From positions 630,001-662,000 of the forward strand of contig NZ_CP147990.1 in NCBI RefSeq assembly GCF_037902255.1: DNA of 32,000 bases, in the 5' to 3' direction. This document shows, piece by piece, positions 1-8,631 of this stretch (position 1 is the stretch's first letter; each line of letters opens with the position of its first letter). A model generated the notes under the pieces. That model was given only the letters and a program-made list of their open reading frames with translations. It did not search any database and was not told where the DNA came from. Origin of the DNA: Candidatus Electrothrix sp. GW3-4. GTDB taxonomy: Bacteria > Desulfobacterota > Desulfobulbia > Desulfobulbales > Desulfobulbaceae. The translations under genes and the position numbers were made by a program.

Positions 1-2
1 CG

Positions 3-514
3 GTGTACGAACAGGATTTTATCGAAAATTCGTATGGATTCCGGCCGTCACGAAGCTGCCATGACGCGCTCAGAGGTTTGGTAGATTCGCCGTTCAGAAT
101 GCCGTGAGAAGGGGGAAAAGGGCAGAGACGTTTGATTTTCTGGGCTTTACTCACTACTGCGGCACGAGGAGGGACGGTACAGGGTTTCGGATGAAGCGGG
201 TAACCGCCCGTAAGAAGTTTGTCGCCAAGGTGAAGATCTTTAAGGAATGGTTGAAGAAAGCCAGGATTTTAAAGACTGGGAAACTTTGGGCGATCGCCAA
301 GGCCAAATTGAGAGGTCATTATAACTACTACGGTGTAACCGATAACCTGGTTGGAATCGCAAGATTTTTCGAGGCGGTAAAGAGGCTGCTGTTTAAGTGG
401 CTGAACCGTAGAGGAAAGAGGAACTGTATCAATTGGGAAAAGTTCAATAAAATGCTGAAGCGATTTCCTCTTCCGAAACCACGGATTAGGGTCAGTATGT
501 TCGGGACACCGTGA
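3..514 (+). pseudogene. Group II intron-encoded reverse transcriptase/maturase, internally deleted and frame-broken (5' end off-window)
   Basis: Frame 3 (3-104) reads VYEQDFIENSYGFRPSRSCHDALRGL, an early RT motif typical of group II intron IEPs, and hits TGA at 105-107. Frame 2 (open from 65; ORF track 104-514) reads FGRFAVQNAVRRGKRAETFDFLGFTHYCG...LRGHYNYYGV...FKWLNRRGKRN (RT motif 7 plus maturase/X domain). The ~170 aa that normally separate these motifs, including the YADD loop, are absent. Confidence 0.7.
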
Positions 515-867
515 ATTGACTATGTGAGGAGCCGCGTGCGGCGGGGCGTAGTCTGAGACCTTTTATTGGGCTGTTTGGAGAAACCGGTCTACTCGACTTT
601 CTTTATCAAGGTACTCAGTTTCCCGTTAAATGCCAATTGAAAAAAAATCTGTCCCCTTTTTCGGTCTTCAGCTTTCCGTGGTTTGCCCGTTGATATTTCA
701 CTGCGTGCAAGGTATCATAGGTAAGTCTTTCTGTGTGGACCGGTTTTCTGCTGAAAAGATGAGCTCTTTTTTCTGTACCGGGTCGATCCTGCGGTGAGAA
801 CATAGATGTCTTCCGGCCTGTCTCAGGTCAATAGAATATTTTTGCCTTGTCAGGATTATATAATACG

Positions 868-1638
868 ATGAGTGAAACACCGGCCAAGGTGGTGGCTATT
901 ATTCCGGCTCGCTACCATTCCAACCGTTTTGAAGGAAAACCGCTGGCGCTGATAGCAGGTAAGCCCATGATCCAGCATGTGGTGGAGCGGGCCTGGCAGG
1001 CCAAACTGCTCTCCCGGGTTGTGGTGGCAACAGATGATGAACGGATAGCTGAGGCCGTTACCGGCTTTGGTGGTGAGGTGGTGCTGACTCGGTCCGATCA
1101 TGTCTCGGGCACGGATCGGCTGGCTGAAGCGGCTGAGCTGCTCCATATTGAAGAGCATAGTGTGGTGGTGAATATCCAGGGCGATCAGCCTCTGTTTCCC
1201 CCTGAGGTCATTGACCAGGTTGCGGGCCCCCTGCTGGAGGACCCGGCCCTGCCCATGTCCACCCTGATCTATAAGATTATCAGGCCGGAAGAGATCACGG
1301 ACCCGAATCATGTCAAGACCGTGTTTGATTGTGAGAGCAATGCCCTCTATTTTTCCCGCTCACCGGTTCCTTTTCAGCGCAACCCAGAGGAGGAGGTCCA
1401 GCCGACCTATTATAAACATCTCGGCTTTTATGCCTATCGCAAGGGTTTTCTCCTGACCTTTGTGGCCCTGCCGGAAGGGGAGTGGGAGCGCTTTGAAAAG
1501 CTGGAACAACTTCGGGCCTTGGAATACGGCTACCGGGTTCGGGTGGTCTTGACCGAGCATGACTCCATCGAGGTGGACACCCCCAAGGATGCCCAGCGGG
1601 TACAGGGGATGATCCAGAGCAGCAAGGTGAGCTTGTAG
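868..1638 (+). CDS. kdsB: 3-deoxy-manno-octulosonate cytidylyltransferase (CMP-KDO synthetase)
   Basis: AKVVAIIPARYHSNRFEGKPLALIAGKPMIQHVVERA, VVVATDDERI, NIQGDQPL and EKLEQLRALEYGY are classic KdsB motifs. The ORF track starts at a TTG at 847; the ATG at 868 (MSETPAK) is the more likely start. Confidence 0.9.
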   Translation: MSETPAKVVAIIPARYHSNRFEGKPLALIAGKPMIQHVVERAWQAKLLSRVVVATDDERIAEAVTGFGGEVVLTRSDHVSGTDRLAEAAELLHIEEHSVVVNIQGDQPLFPPEVIDQVAGPLLEDPALPMSTLIYKIIRPEEITDPNHVKTVFDCESNALYFSRSPVPFQRNPEEEVQPTYYKHLGFYAYRKGFLLTFVALPEGEWERFEKLEQLRALEYGYRVRVVLTEHDSIEVDTPKDAQRVQGMIQSSKVSL

Positions 1639-1745
1639 GGTTGTAGGGGCAGGTCCTGTGCCTGCCCGCTAAACCATTGAAAATGATGTTGGCTAGGAGT
1701 ACGGCGTACTGTCCTCCTACAGCGTAATTGCATAAAGGAAAAATC

Positions 1746-2672
1746 ATGAAGAAAAAAATTACGATAATCGGGGCGGGTAACGTCGGGGCCACAGCAGCTC
1801 ACTGGGCACTGACCCGCAACTTGGGCGATATCGTCCTGTTAGATGTCATGGAGGGGATCCCCCAGGGCAAGGCCCTGGATCTCTGGCAATCTGGTCCTCT
1901 GGATTCCTATGCTGGCACCGTGACCGGCACCAACGACTACGCAGACTCTGCCAACTCCGATGTGGTGATCATCACAGCTGGCTTGGCCCGTAAGCCAGGA
2001 ATGTCCCGTGATGACCTGCTGGCCAGGAACGTGGCTATCGTTAAATCCTGCGCCGAAGAGGCGGTCAGGCATTCACCGAATTGCTTTATGATCGTGGTCA
2101 CCAATCCCATTGATGCCATGGTGCATACGGCCTTCAAGGTCACTGGCCTGGATAAGAACCGGATTATTGGGATGGCTGGCGTGCTTGATTCGGCCCGCTA
2201 CCGGACCTTTCTTGCCGAGGCCCTGGGTGTGGCTCCGGCTGATGTTAACGCCTTGGTCATGGGGATTCACGGCGATAAGATGCTGCCGATGGTCAGATTG
2301 GCCAACGTGGCTGGGGTGCCGATCACCGATCTGCTTTCTGAAGAAAAGATTGCAGAAATTGTTAAGCGAACCCAGTTGGGCGGCATTGAGATCGTCAATC
2401 ATCTCAAGACCGGCAGTGCCTTTTATACGCCTGGCCTGGCGGCTGTGGAAATGGCAGAAGCCGTGCTCAGGGACAGTAAGCGGGTGCTTCCCTGTGCAGC
2501 CTATCTTGAGGGAGAATTCGGGGTTTCTGGTTATTTTCTTGGAGTTCCAGTGGTGTTGGGAGAGACGGGTGTAGAGCGCATCCTTGAGTTCACCTTAACG
2601 GACGAGGAAAAGGCCGCTTTACAGGATTCCGTGGACGCTGTGGCCGCTCAGATGCAGGCCACCGGCCTGTAA
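1746..2672 (+). CDS. mdh: Malate dehydrogenase, LDH-like (type 3) family
   Basis: [20 protein letters not shown] Rossmann start, [24 protein letters not shown] and GIHGDKMLP. The ATG at 1746 is preceded by AAAGGA; the track start at 1728 is a TTG. Confidence 0.92.
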   Translation: MKKKITIIGAGNVGATAAHWALTRNLGDIVLLDVMEGIPQGKALDLWQSGPLDSYAGTVTGTNDYADSANSDVVIITAGLARKPGMSRDDLLARNVAIVKSCAEEAVRHSPNCFMIVVTNPIDAMVHTAFKVTGLDKNRIIGMAGVLDSARYRTFLAEALGVAPADVNALVMGIHGDKMLPMVRLANVAGVPITDLLSEEKIAEIVKRTQLGGIEIVNHLKTGSAFYTPGLAAVEMAEAVLRDSKRVLPCAAYLEGEFGVSGYFLGVPVVLGETGVERILEFTLTDEEKAALQDSVDAVAAQMQATGL

Positions 2673-2685
2673 GTGAGCAAAGGAG

Positions 2686-2701
2686 CCTGTCATCGGACAG
2701 G
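2686..2701 (+). terminator. Short GC hairpin after mdh (possible weak terminator, no U tract)
   Basis: CCTGTC-atcg-GACAGG lies 14 nt after the mdh stop. It is followed by ATAAAGC rather than a T run. Confidence 0.3.
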
Positions 2702-2827
2702 ATAAAGCATATCCAAGTATGGTTGAACCTATCGCGAGACAGGCTGAAGCATACTCTAAGTATGGTCGAACCTATCCTCGGAGAGGATAAACCGTATATC
2801 GGATATGGTTAAACGGAGCTTTGGGCA
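2700..2827. repeat. Three tandem copies of a 42-43 bp unit in the mdh / yvcK-like intergenic region
   Basis: Units are about 2700-2741, 2742-2784 and 2785-2827. The core AAGTATGGTTGAACCTATC (2715-2733) recurs as AAGTATGGTCGAACCTATC (2758-2776), 43 bp later. A degenerate third copy (GATATGGTTAAAC) lies at 2802-2814. GGATA/TATCC half-sites are scattered through all units. Confidence 0.75.
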
Positions 2828-2920
2828 GGCAAAACATGCAGCGGGAGACGAAGTTCGCATTCCGCGCAACAAAACCCCGTCCTGCTGTCTGAGAAAATAA
2901 CTTTGAACCCCTGACAAAGA

Positions 2921-5260
2921 ATGGCGGAAAATAGCATCAGCTCACTGCAGCACTTATTGGAGGGCGTGACCAGAAAAAAATTCGCCCCTCTTGATTTTAT
3001 AGGTAAGGGCAACCTGACAGAACGGGTCCTTGCCTTTGCCCTTGGTGAAGAACCTCCCCGTGATGTCCCCGGCTGCACTCAGGAGGCCTGGCGCCATCTG
3101 GCTACCGCTCTTCGGCATGTGGATGTGGAAAAGGTGCGGGTCGTGGTGCTGGGCGGAGGGACCGGGCTCTCCAATGTGGTTGGTGGCGATTCACGGCGTG
3201 CGGATTGGAAGGAAACGCCTTTTACCGGCTTAAAAGAGGTCTTTCCTCGTCTGCATTCGATTGTCTGTGTCACAGATGATGGCGGTTCAACCGGGGAGAT
3301 GCTTAAGGACTTCCCGCTGATTGGTTTGGGGGACCTGCGCCATGTCCTACTTTCCTCTATTCGCAGCGCTCATTTGAAAGAGCAGTATCAGCTGGATGAT
3401 GCCGCAGCCCTGGAAACCGCTGCTGCTCTGCATGGTTTTTTTAACTTTCGTTTCAATACGCCACCAAAGTCGGCAGAGCAGTTATGGGTCGAGAGTGGGG
3501 TGAGACCGGAGATGTTTCCACCGGCCTTGGCTGGCTATCTTGTTGATCTGGTGCATCGGCTGCTTGCGGATGAGCGTATGGCAGCTGCCTTGCGTCGTCC
3601 TCAATGTCTTGGCAATCTGCTCCTTGCTGCTGCTGTCTACGGGAAATTGCCTGCTTTTTTCCGCACTGCTGAACTGGCTGCCAATCAACGGCGGATGCAG
3701 ACCGCCATTATGGATGGGCTGGCTGACTTGTCTCAGGCTGTTGGCGTAGGTCCAAGGGCGGTGCTCCCCTGTACGGCGACCCTGTCGCAATTGCAGTTGC
3801 TCTATGCAAACGGGGTGCTGGTCACTGGCGAGCGCAAGGCTGGTGAGGCCAGGCGGGGCTATCCCGTGGAGCGAACTATGGTTCGTTTTGCCGATGAACC
3901 CTTATTACCGGATGCGGTCAGTCAATGCATTGCTGAGGCAGATATTATTATCCTGGCGCCGGGGAGCCTCTATTCTTCTCTTCTTCCCGTTCTGCAGGTA
4001 CCAGGACTGGCTGATCTGATCCGGCAAAACGAGAAGGCCCTCAAGCTCCTGGTCGCCAATATCTGGGTCCAGAAGGGGGAGACCGATGCAACCAGAGAGG
4101 CCCCGGAAAAGCGGTTTTACGTCTCAGATCTTATTCGTGCCTATGGCCATAATATTTCCGGCGGGATTCAGGGGTTATTTTCCCATGTGTTGACCCTGGA
4201 TCTTGCCGATATCCCAGGGTCTGTCCTGCAAAACTATATCCTGGAGAAGAAGGAACCGATTTATATTGATAGCAATAAGGTGCGGGAGCTGGGGTTTGAG
4301 CCCGTCCGGGCCTGTATTTTTTCTCGGAACCTCTTGCAGCGGCAGCGGGTTATTCAGCATGATCCCAATGCCCTTGCCCATGTTATCCGCAGTATGTGGG
4401 GATTACGTGAGGCCGGTTTTTTGACCTTGCCGCCCTTTGCAGAGACCAGTCTGCGCGGTCTGGAATTTTCAGTGCGGATTGCCCCGGATAAGCTGATTCC
4501 CTGTATGCGCTATGAACGAATAGCCCGGACTGTTGAGGGCCTGGAGTTCAGGTACCTTACCCTTGATGCGGATTTACCTGAGAAGATGGCCTCTGTCTTG
4601 CGTCGGGATATTGCCTCTGCTGTCCTTGAGATCCTCTGGCGTCATCCCGACATTCACCCGGATCATCTCCAATATCTCAAGGGGATTTGTTTAGTGGAGA
4701 CCAGATCCTGGAAGCGATGCCAACAATGGGATAATGTCTTTTCCTTTTATGATCCTGAAGATAGCTGTATAAAGATCCGCCAGGACCAGACAGCATCTTC
4801 AGAGCGTCTGGAGGTGGCCCTGCTGATCGCCTTAGGGCAGTCCTTGCTGGGAAATTATTGCCAGCAAAAGGGCATGGAGAATGTGTTTGTCCATGAGCGG
4901 CAGGTCGGTAGATTATATCGCCTGATTACAAGAAAACGGCAAGAGCTCAATTGCTTCCTCTCGCCTGAGGAACTGGATACCTATTTACGGCTCAGTCGCA
5001 TGTGTCCGACAGAAGGGGAAGAACGGTCTTATACCAGGTTAGTCAACGGCGAGGAAGGCTTTACGCCACCTGGGCTGCTCTTTGGCCTGGTCTTTGCCTG
5101 GTACCTTGACAATCGTTTTGTCTCCAATGTGGAATACAAGATGTCCGTCATGAAGAAGGTTCCTTCTGATTTGATTCCAGAGCAGGTCAGGATCATGCGC
5201 AGACGGGAAAAATTGATTCGTTTTTTCAGGGGACGTATTTTTCGTGATCAGTTTTCTTAA
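2921..5260 (+). CDS. YvcK/CofD (UPF0052, gluconeogenesis-factor-like) family protein with ~300-aa uncharacterised C-terminal extension
   Basis: VVVLGGGTGLSNVVGG, VCVTDDGGSTGEMLKDFPLIGLGDLRHVL, CLGNLLLAAA and ADIIILAPGSLYSSLLPVLQVPG...LLVANIWVQKGETD match YvcK/CofD signature blocks. Residues ~480-779 match nothing I recognise. Confidence 0.8.
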   Translation: MAENSISSLQHLLEGVTRKKFAPLDFIGKGNLTERVLAFALGEEPPRDVPGCTQEAWRHLATALRHVDVEKVRVVVLGGGTGLSNVVGGDSRRADWKETPFTGLKEVFPRLHSIVCVTDDGGSTGEMLKDFPLIGLGDLRHVLLSSIRSAHLKEQYQLDDAAALETAAALHGFFNFRFNTPPKSAEQLWVESGVRPEMFPPALAGYLVDLVHRLLADERMAAALRRPQCLGNLLLAAAVYGKLPAFFRTAELAANQRRMQTAIMDGLADLSQAVGVGPRAVLPCTATLSQLQLLYANGVLVTGERKAGEARRGYPVERTMVRFADEPLLPDAVSQCIAEADIIILAPGSLYSSLLPVLQVPGLADLIRQNEKALKLLVANIWVQKGETDATREAPEKRFYVSDLIRAYGHNISGGIQGLFSHVLTLDLADIPGSVLQNYILEKKEPIYIDSNKVRELGFEPVRACIFSRNLLQRQRVIQHDPNALAHVIRSMWGLREAGFLTLPPFAETSLRGLEFSVRIAPDKLIPCMRYERIARTVEGLEFRYLTLDADLPEKMASVLRRDIASAVLEILWRHPDIHPDHLQYLKGICLVETRSWKRCQQWDNVFSFYDPEDSCIKIRQDQTASSERLEVALLIALGQSLLGNYCQQKGMENVFVHERQVGRLYRLITRKRQELNCFLSPEELDTYLRLSRMCPTEGEERSYTRLVNGEEGFTPPGLLFGLVFAWYLDNRFVSNVEYKMSVMKKVPSDLIPEQVRIMRRREKLIRFFRGRIFRDQFS

Positions 5261-5345
5261 AAAAACGTTTATAGTAATAATTGGATAATTGGCGAAGTGA
5301 AGGAAGAACGGGTGTAAAGCTGATTTTTTTTGAGGTATATTCTCT

Positions 5346-5717
5346 ATGCGAAAAATACTGATTATAGATGATGACGAACAAATGCGCAATTTGCTCTGTC
5401 GGGCTATGGAGTATGCCGGATTTGAAGTAGAGGCGGCTGCTGATGGCCGGAAGGGGCTCCGCTTATTCGAGGAAAACTTCTACGATCTGGTGATTACGGA
5501 CTTGATTATGCCGGAGCAGGAAGGAATGGAGACCATTACCTTTCTCAGTAAGAATTATCCCGAGGTCAAGATCATTGCCATCTCCGGGGGGGGGCGGATC
5601 GGACCGGAAACCTATCTGCCAGCTGCCTTGGAACTCGGTGCAGATCGTGCCTTTGCCAAGCCCTTTCCTATTGATGATCTGATTAATGCGGTCAAAGAGC
5701 TGCTCGGCGCGTCCTGA
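5346..5717 (+). CDS. Single-domain response regulator (CheY-like receiver only)
   Basis: KILIIDDDEQMRNLL, DLVITDLIMPEQEGMETI (phospho-acceptor Asp), KIIAISGGG and AFAKPF (conserved Lys). There is no output domain. Confidence 0.9.
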   Translation: MRKILIIDDDEQMRNLLCRAMEYAGFEVEAAADGRKGLRLFEENFYDLVITDLIMPEQEGMETITFLSKNYPEVKIIAISGGGRIGPETYLPAALELGADRAFAKPFPIDDLINAVKELLGAS

Positions 5718-5740
5718 ATCAGGCCACCTGAATCAAGCCC

Positions 5741-6754
5741 ATGTATCTTGCCCGCTGTTTCTGCGATAACCGGGTCTGCTACCTCCTGCGCGAGTCTTTT
5801 TATGATGGCGAGATATACCGGAACCGGGACCTGCTTGAACTTGGAGAGGATCCTGGGCGCTACATTGTCTATCCTGGAGGCACCTCATTTTATATTGAGG
5901 ACCTGATCTTTGCGCGCTTGCAGGAGGGCGGGGTCGTTGCCGATTATGATACGGTTGAAGCGCTCTTTTGGCCTTTTCTTGATCCAGAGATTCGGGCCCG
6001 CCTTGAGGCCTTTTTTGGAAGAGAACAGGGAAGGGGGGATTGGAAGCCCCCGAATAAAGAGGAGCGACAGGATATCCTTGTCAAGACGCATGCTTTTGAC
6101 AGAAGAAGGCTCCATTTTCTCCGCTTCGGTCAGGTTGATCAGCGGGACCTGGACCGTTCCCCCTCCTTGTTCAGAATTCTCCTCCATAAATCCCGTGATG
6201 AGCTTGAGCAGCTCATGCTTGAACGGGAACAGGATCTCTCTCCTCATGAATATAAGACCTATATCTTTACCATCTTTGACCTGCAGCGTTCTTTTAATGG
6301 GGCCTTTGCCCAGGCAATGCCCTATGCCCTGAATAGCGACCAGCTGGATGCGTCTTTTCTCAAAGAGGTCTGTCGCCTGGACCAGGATCGCCTTTTTTGG
6401 CAGGGGTTGGAGAGAGATGAGGATCTGGTCTCCTATCTGGTCCGCTATGTGATCATGTTTTTTGATTACTCCTTCCCGCAGACCGAGGCAAGGTCTGAGA
6501 GGGCGCGTCATTCCTTTGGTCAGCAGCGGACAAGGCCGTATACCTCGCACCAGCCCCATATGGCGCAAAAAGAGGCTGCGAGTATTTTTGGGGTGAGTCA
6601 GGCTGAACTGGCTGCCATGAATAAAGCAGACGTGACCCGTTTGTATCGTAAGAAGGCCCAGGAACTGCACCCGGATAAAGGGGGTGAGCATGAAGAGTTC
6701 ATCGCCCTGACCTCCGCCTATAATGAGTTGCTCCGTAATACGCCTGATGATTAG
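5741..6754 (+). CDS. Protein with C-terminal DnaJ-type J domain and unknown ~270-aa N-terminal region
   Basis: The last ~60 aa read AELAAMNKADVTRLYRKKAQELHPDKGGEHEEFIALTSAYNELL, with an HPD tripeptide in J-domain helix II/III context. The N-terminal part has no recognisable motif. Confidence 0.75.
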   Translation: MYLARCFCDNRVCYLLRESFYDGEIYRNRDLLELGEDPGRYIVYPGGTSFYIEDLIFARLQEGGVVADYDTVEALFWPFLDPEIRARLEAFFGREQGRGDWKPPNKEERQDILVKTHAFDRRRLHFLRFGQVDQRDLDRSPSLFRILLHKSRDELEQLMLEREQDLSPHEYKTYIFTIFDLQRSFNGAFAQAMPYALNSDQLDASFLKEVCRLDQDRLFWQGLERDEDLVSYLVRYVIMFFDYSFPQTEARSERARHSFGQQRTRPYTSHQPHMAQKEAASIFGVSQAELAAMNKADVTRLYRKKAQELHPDKGGEHEEFIALTSAYNELLRNTPDD

Positions 6755-6813
6755 CTGCAGCTGGTGTTTTCCCCTTCAGCTGCTTCACTCCCCTCTTGTC
6801 CCAACCGAGAACC

Positions 6814-8631
6814 ATGACCTCATCTGAATCGGAACAGAACCATCCTCAAACTAAACCCTCTCTGGCGGTCCTCCTGACCCTCCTTAAGCCGATTTATGCC
6901 CGTTACCGTTCTCGGCTGCTGCTTGGTTTTCTGGCCCTGCTGGCAGTGGATTTCCTCCAGCTGACCATCCCTCTCTATCTGAAAGAGGCGGTTGATGTCC
7001 TGGAAAATGGAACAGCCACCTCCCAAGGGCTCCTGCGTCTTGGGGGCTTTCTCCTCCTTACAGCGGCTGCTATCCTGGCCCTTCGTTTTAGCTGGCGGAT
7101 GCTGATTATTGGTTTTTCCAGGCGCATGGAGGCAGACCTGCGTGCTCGCTTATTCTCTCATATCCTTACCATGGACAGGTCCTTTTTTGATCAGCATCCT
7201 CCTGGTGATATCATGGCCCATGCCTCCAATGATCTCTCTGCGGTCCAGATGGCCAGTGGCATGGGCATGGTTGCTGCTGCTGACGCCCTGGTTATTTCCG
7301 GGGCGGCTTTGGTGCTGATGATCTCTCTCAGCCCTTTTCTGACCCTGATGGCGATCCTTCCCCTGCCACTCCTCGGGTTCAGTGCCTGGTTTCTCTCTGG
7401 TCGGCTCCATACCCGCTTTGATCAGGTGCAGCATTCCTTTGGTTTGATCACTGAGTTTGCCCGCAACAGCATGGTCGCTATTCGTCTTATCAAGGGGTAT
7501 ACCAGGGAACAACAGCAGATAAAGGCCTTTAGTGAACTGGGAGAAAAATATGTCGCTGCCAACCTCCGGGTGGCCGTGGTCCAGGGCCTGCTTTTCCCGG
7601 TGGCGATCCTGGTGGGTAATCTGGGGATGCTCTTGATCCTCTATTACGGGGGGAGGCTGGTCATCAATGAGGTCATAACCCTGGGTGCGTTTGTTGCCTT
7701 TGTCCATTATCTCTACATGTTGATCTGGCCTATGATGGCGGTGGGCTGGGTGACCAATATCGCTCAGCGGGGGTTTACCTCCCTTGCCCGAATTCATCGC
7801 CTGCTGGCAGCCCGGTCCCGGCTTGAGAGCAGTCTCCAGGTATCTGAGCAAAGCAAAGTCGGGGGAAAGGATTTTTCAGCACGTTTTCTTGTCGATCCTC
7901 TGATTTCCCTCAGGGGATTGAGTTATTCCTATACTGGAGCGAGAGTTCCTGCTCTGACAGGGCTTGAGCTGGATCTCCGGCCAGGTATCCTTGGAATTGC
8001 GGGCAGGACAGGGGCTGGAAAATCCACCCTCTGCCGCCTGCTCACCAGACAGTATCCGCTTCAGGATGGGATGCTGTTCTTTGCCGATCAGGAGGTGAAT
8101 ACCCTTGCCCCATCTCTGATTCGGGACCAAATCAGTTATGTAAGTCAGAACCCGGTCCTTTTTTCCAGCACTATTGCAGAGAATATCAGCCTTGCGGCCC
8201 CGGATGCCTCCCCAAAGGAGATTGAGGCGGTTGCCGAGTTAGCGGGTCTGCATGCAGAGATCCTTGCTATGGAAAGAGGATATCAGACCAGGATCGGCGA
8301 GCGAGGCCTGCGTCTTTCCGGGGGCCAGAAGCAGCGCCTGGCCATTGCCCGGGCCCTGCTGGCCGACCGACCGGTCCTGATCATAGATGATGCCCTCTCG
8401 GCCCTGGACGTGGAGACCGAACAGCAGGTCTTTGCTGGTATTCGGGCCCGTGCTGCGGGCAAGATCGTCCTTATTGTCTCGCATCGTTTGAAATTATTAT
8501 CCGGCACGGATCAGGTCCTCCTGCTTGATCAGGGTCGGGTAGTGGCCCTTGATCGCCATGAACAGCTGTTACAGCAGCATGATGCGTTTTACCAAGCTAT
8601 GGCGCAGAAGCAACAGAGGAGGGCCAGCTGA
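6814..8631 (+). CDS. ABC exporter half-transporter (TMD-NBD), degenerate-site subunit
   Basis: A six-helix exporter TMD is followed by an NBD with Walker A GRTGAGKST, signature LSGGQKQR, Walker B LIIDDA (Asp replaces the catalytic Glu) and H-loop VSHRL. The track start at 6796 is a TTG; the ATG at 6814 is more likely. Confidence 0.9.
   Translation: MTSSESEQNHPQTKPSLAVLLTLLKPIYARYRSRLLLGFLALLAVDFLQLTIPLYLKEAVDVLENGTATSQGLLRLGGFLLLTAAAILALRFSWRMLIIGFSRRMEADLRARLFSHILTMDRSFFDQHPPGDIMAHASNDLSAVQMASGMGMVAAADALVISGAALVLMISLSPFLTLMAILPLPLLGFSAWFLSGRLHTRFDQVQHSFGLITEFARNSMVAIRLIKGYTREQQQIKAFSELGEKYVAANLRVAVVQGLLFPVAILVGNLGMLLILYYGGRLVINEVITLGAFVAFVHYLYMLIWPMMAVGWVTNIAQRGFTSLARIHRLLAARSRLESSLQVSEQSKVGGKDFSARFLVDPLISLRGLSYSYTGARVPALTGLELDLRPGILGIAGRTGAGKSTLCRLLTRQYPLQDGMLFFADQEVNTLAPSLIRDQISYVSQNPVLFSSTIAENISLAAPDASPKEIEAVAELAGLHAEILAMERGYQTRIGERGLRLSGGQKQRLAIARALLADRPVLIIDDALSALDVETEQQVFAGIRARAAGKIVLIVSHRLKLLSGTDQVLLLDQGRVVALDRHEQLLQQHDAFYQAMAQKQQRRAS

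Noticed and set aside
615-880. Two overlapping ~60-aa minus-strand ORFs between the intron relic and kdsB
   Set aside because: They have no motifs and no SD, they overlap each other, and they lie in what is probably decayed intron or intergenic DNA.
2700-2827. Possibility that the tandem repeats are a mini CRISPR array
   Set aside because: The units are contiguous with no unique spacers, the copies are diverged, and no cas genes are present. It is a plain tandem repeat.
2820-2845. Sigma-54 type promoter (TGGGCAGGCAAAACATGC) upstream of the yvcK-like gene
   Set aside because: The GG-to-GC spacing is 15 (or 10 in the alternative register) instead of the required 12, so it does not fit the -24/-12 geometry.
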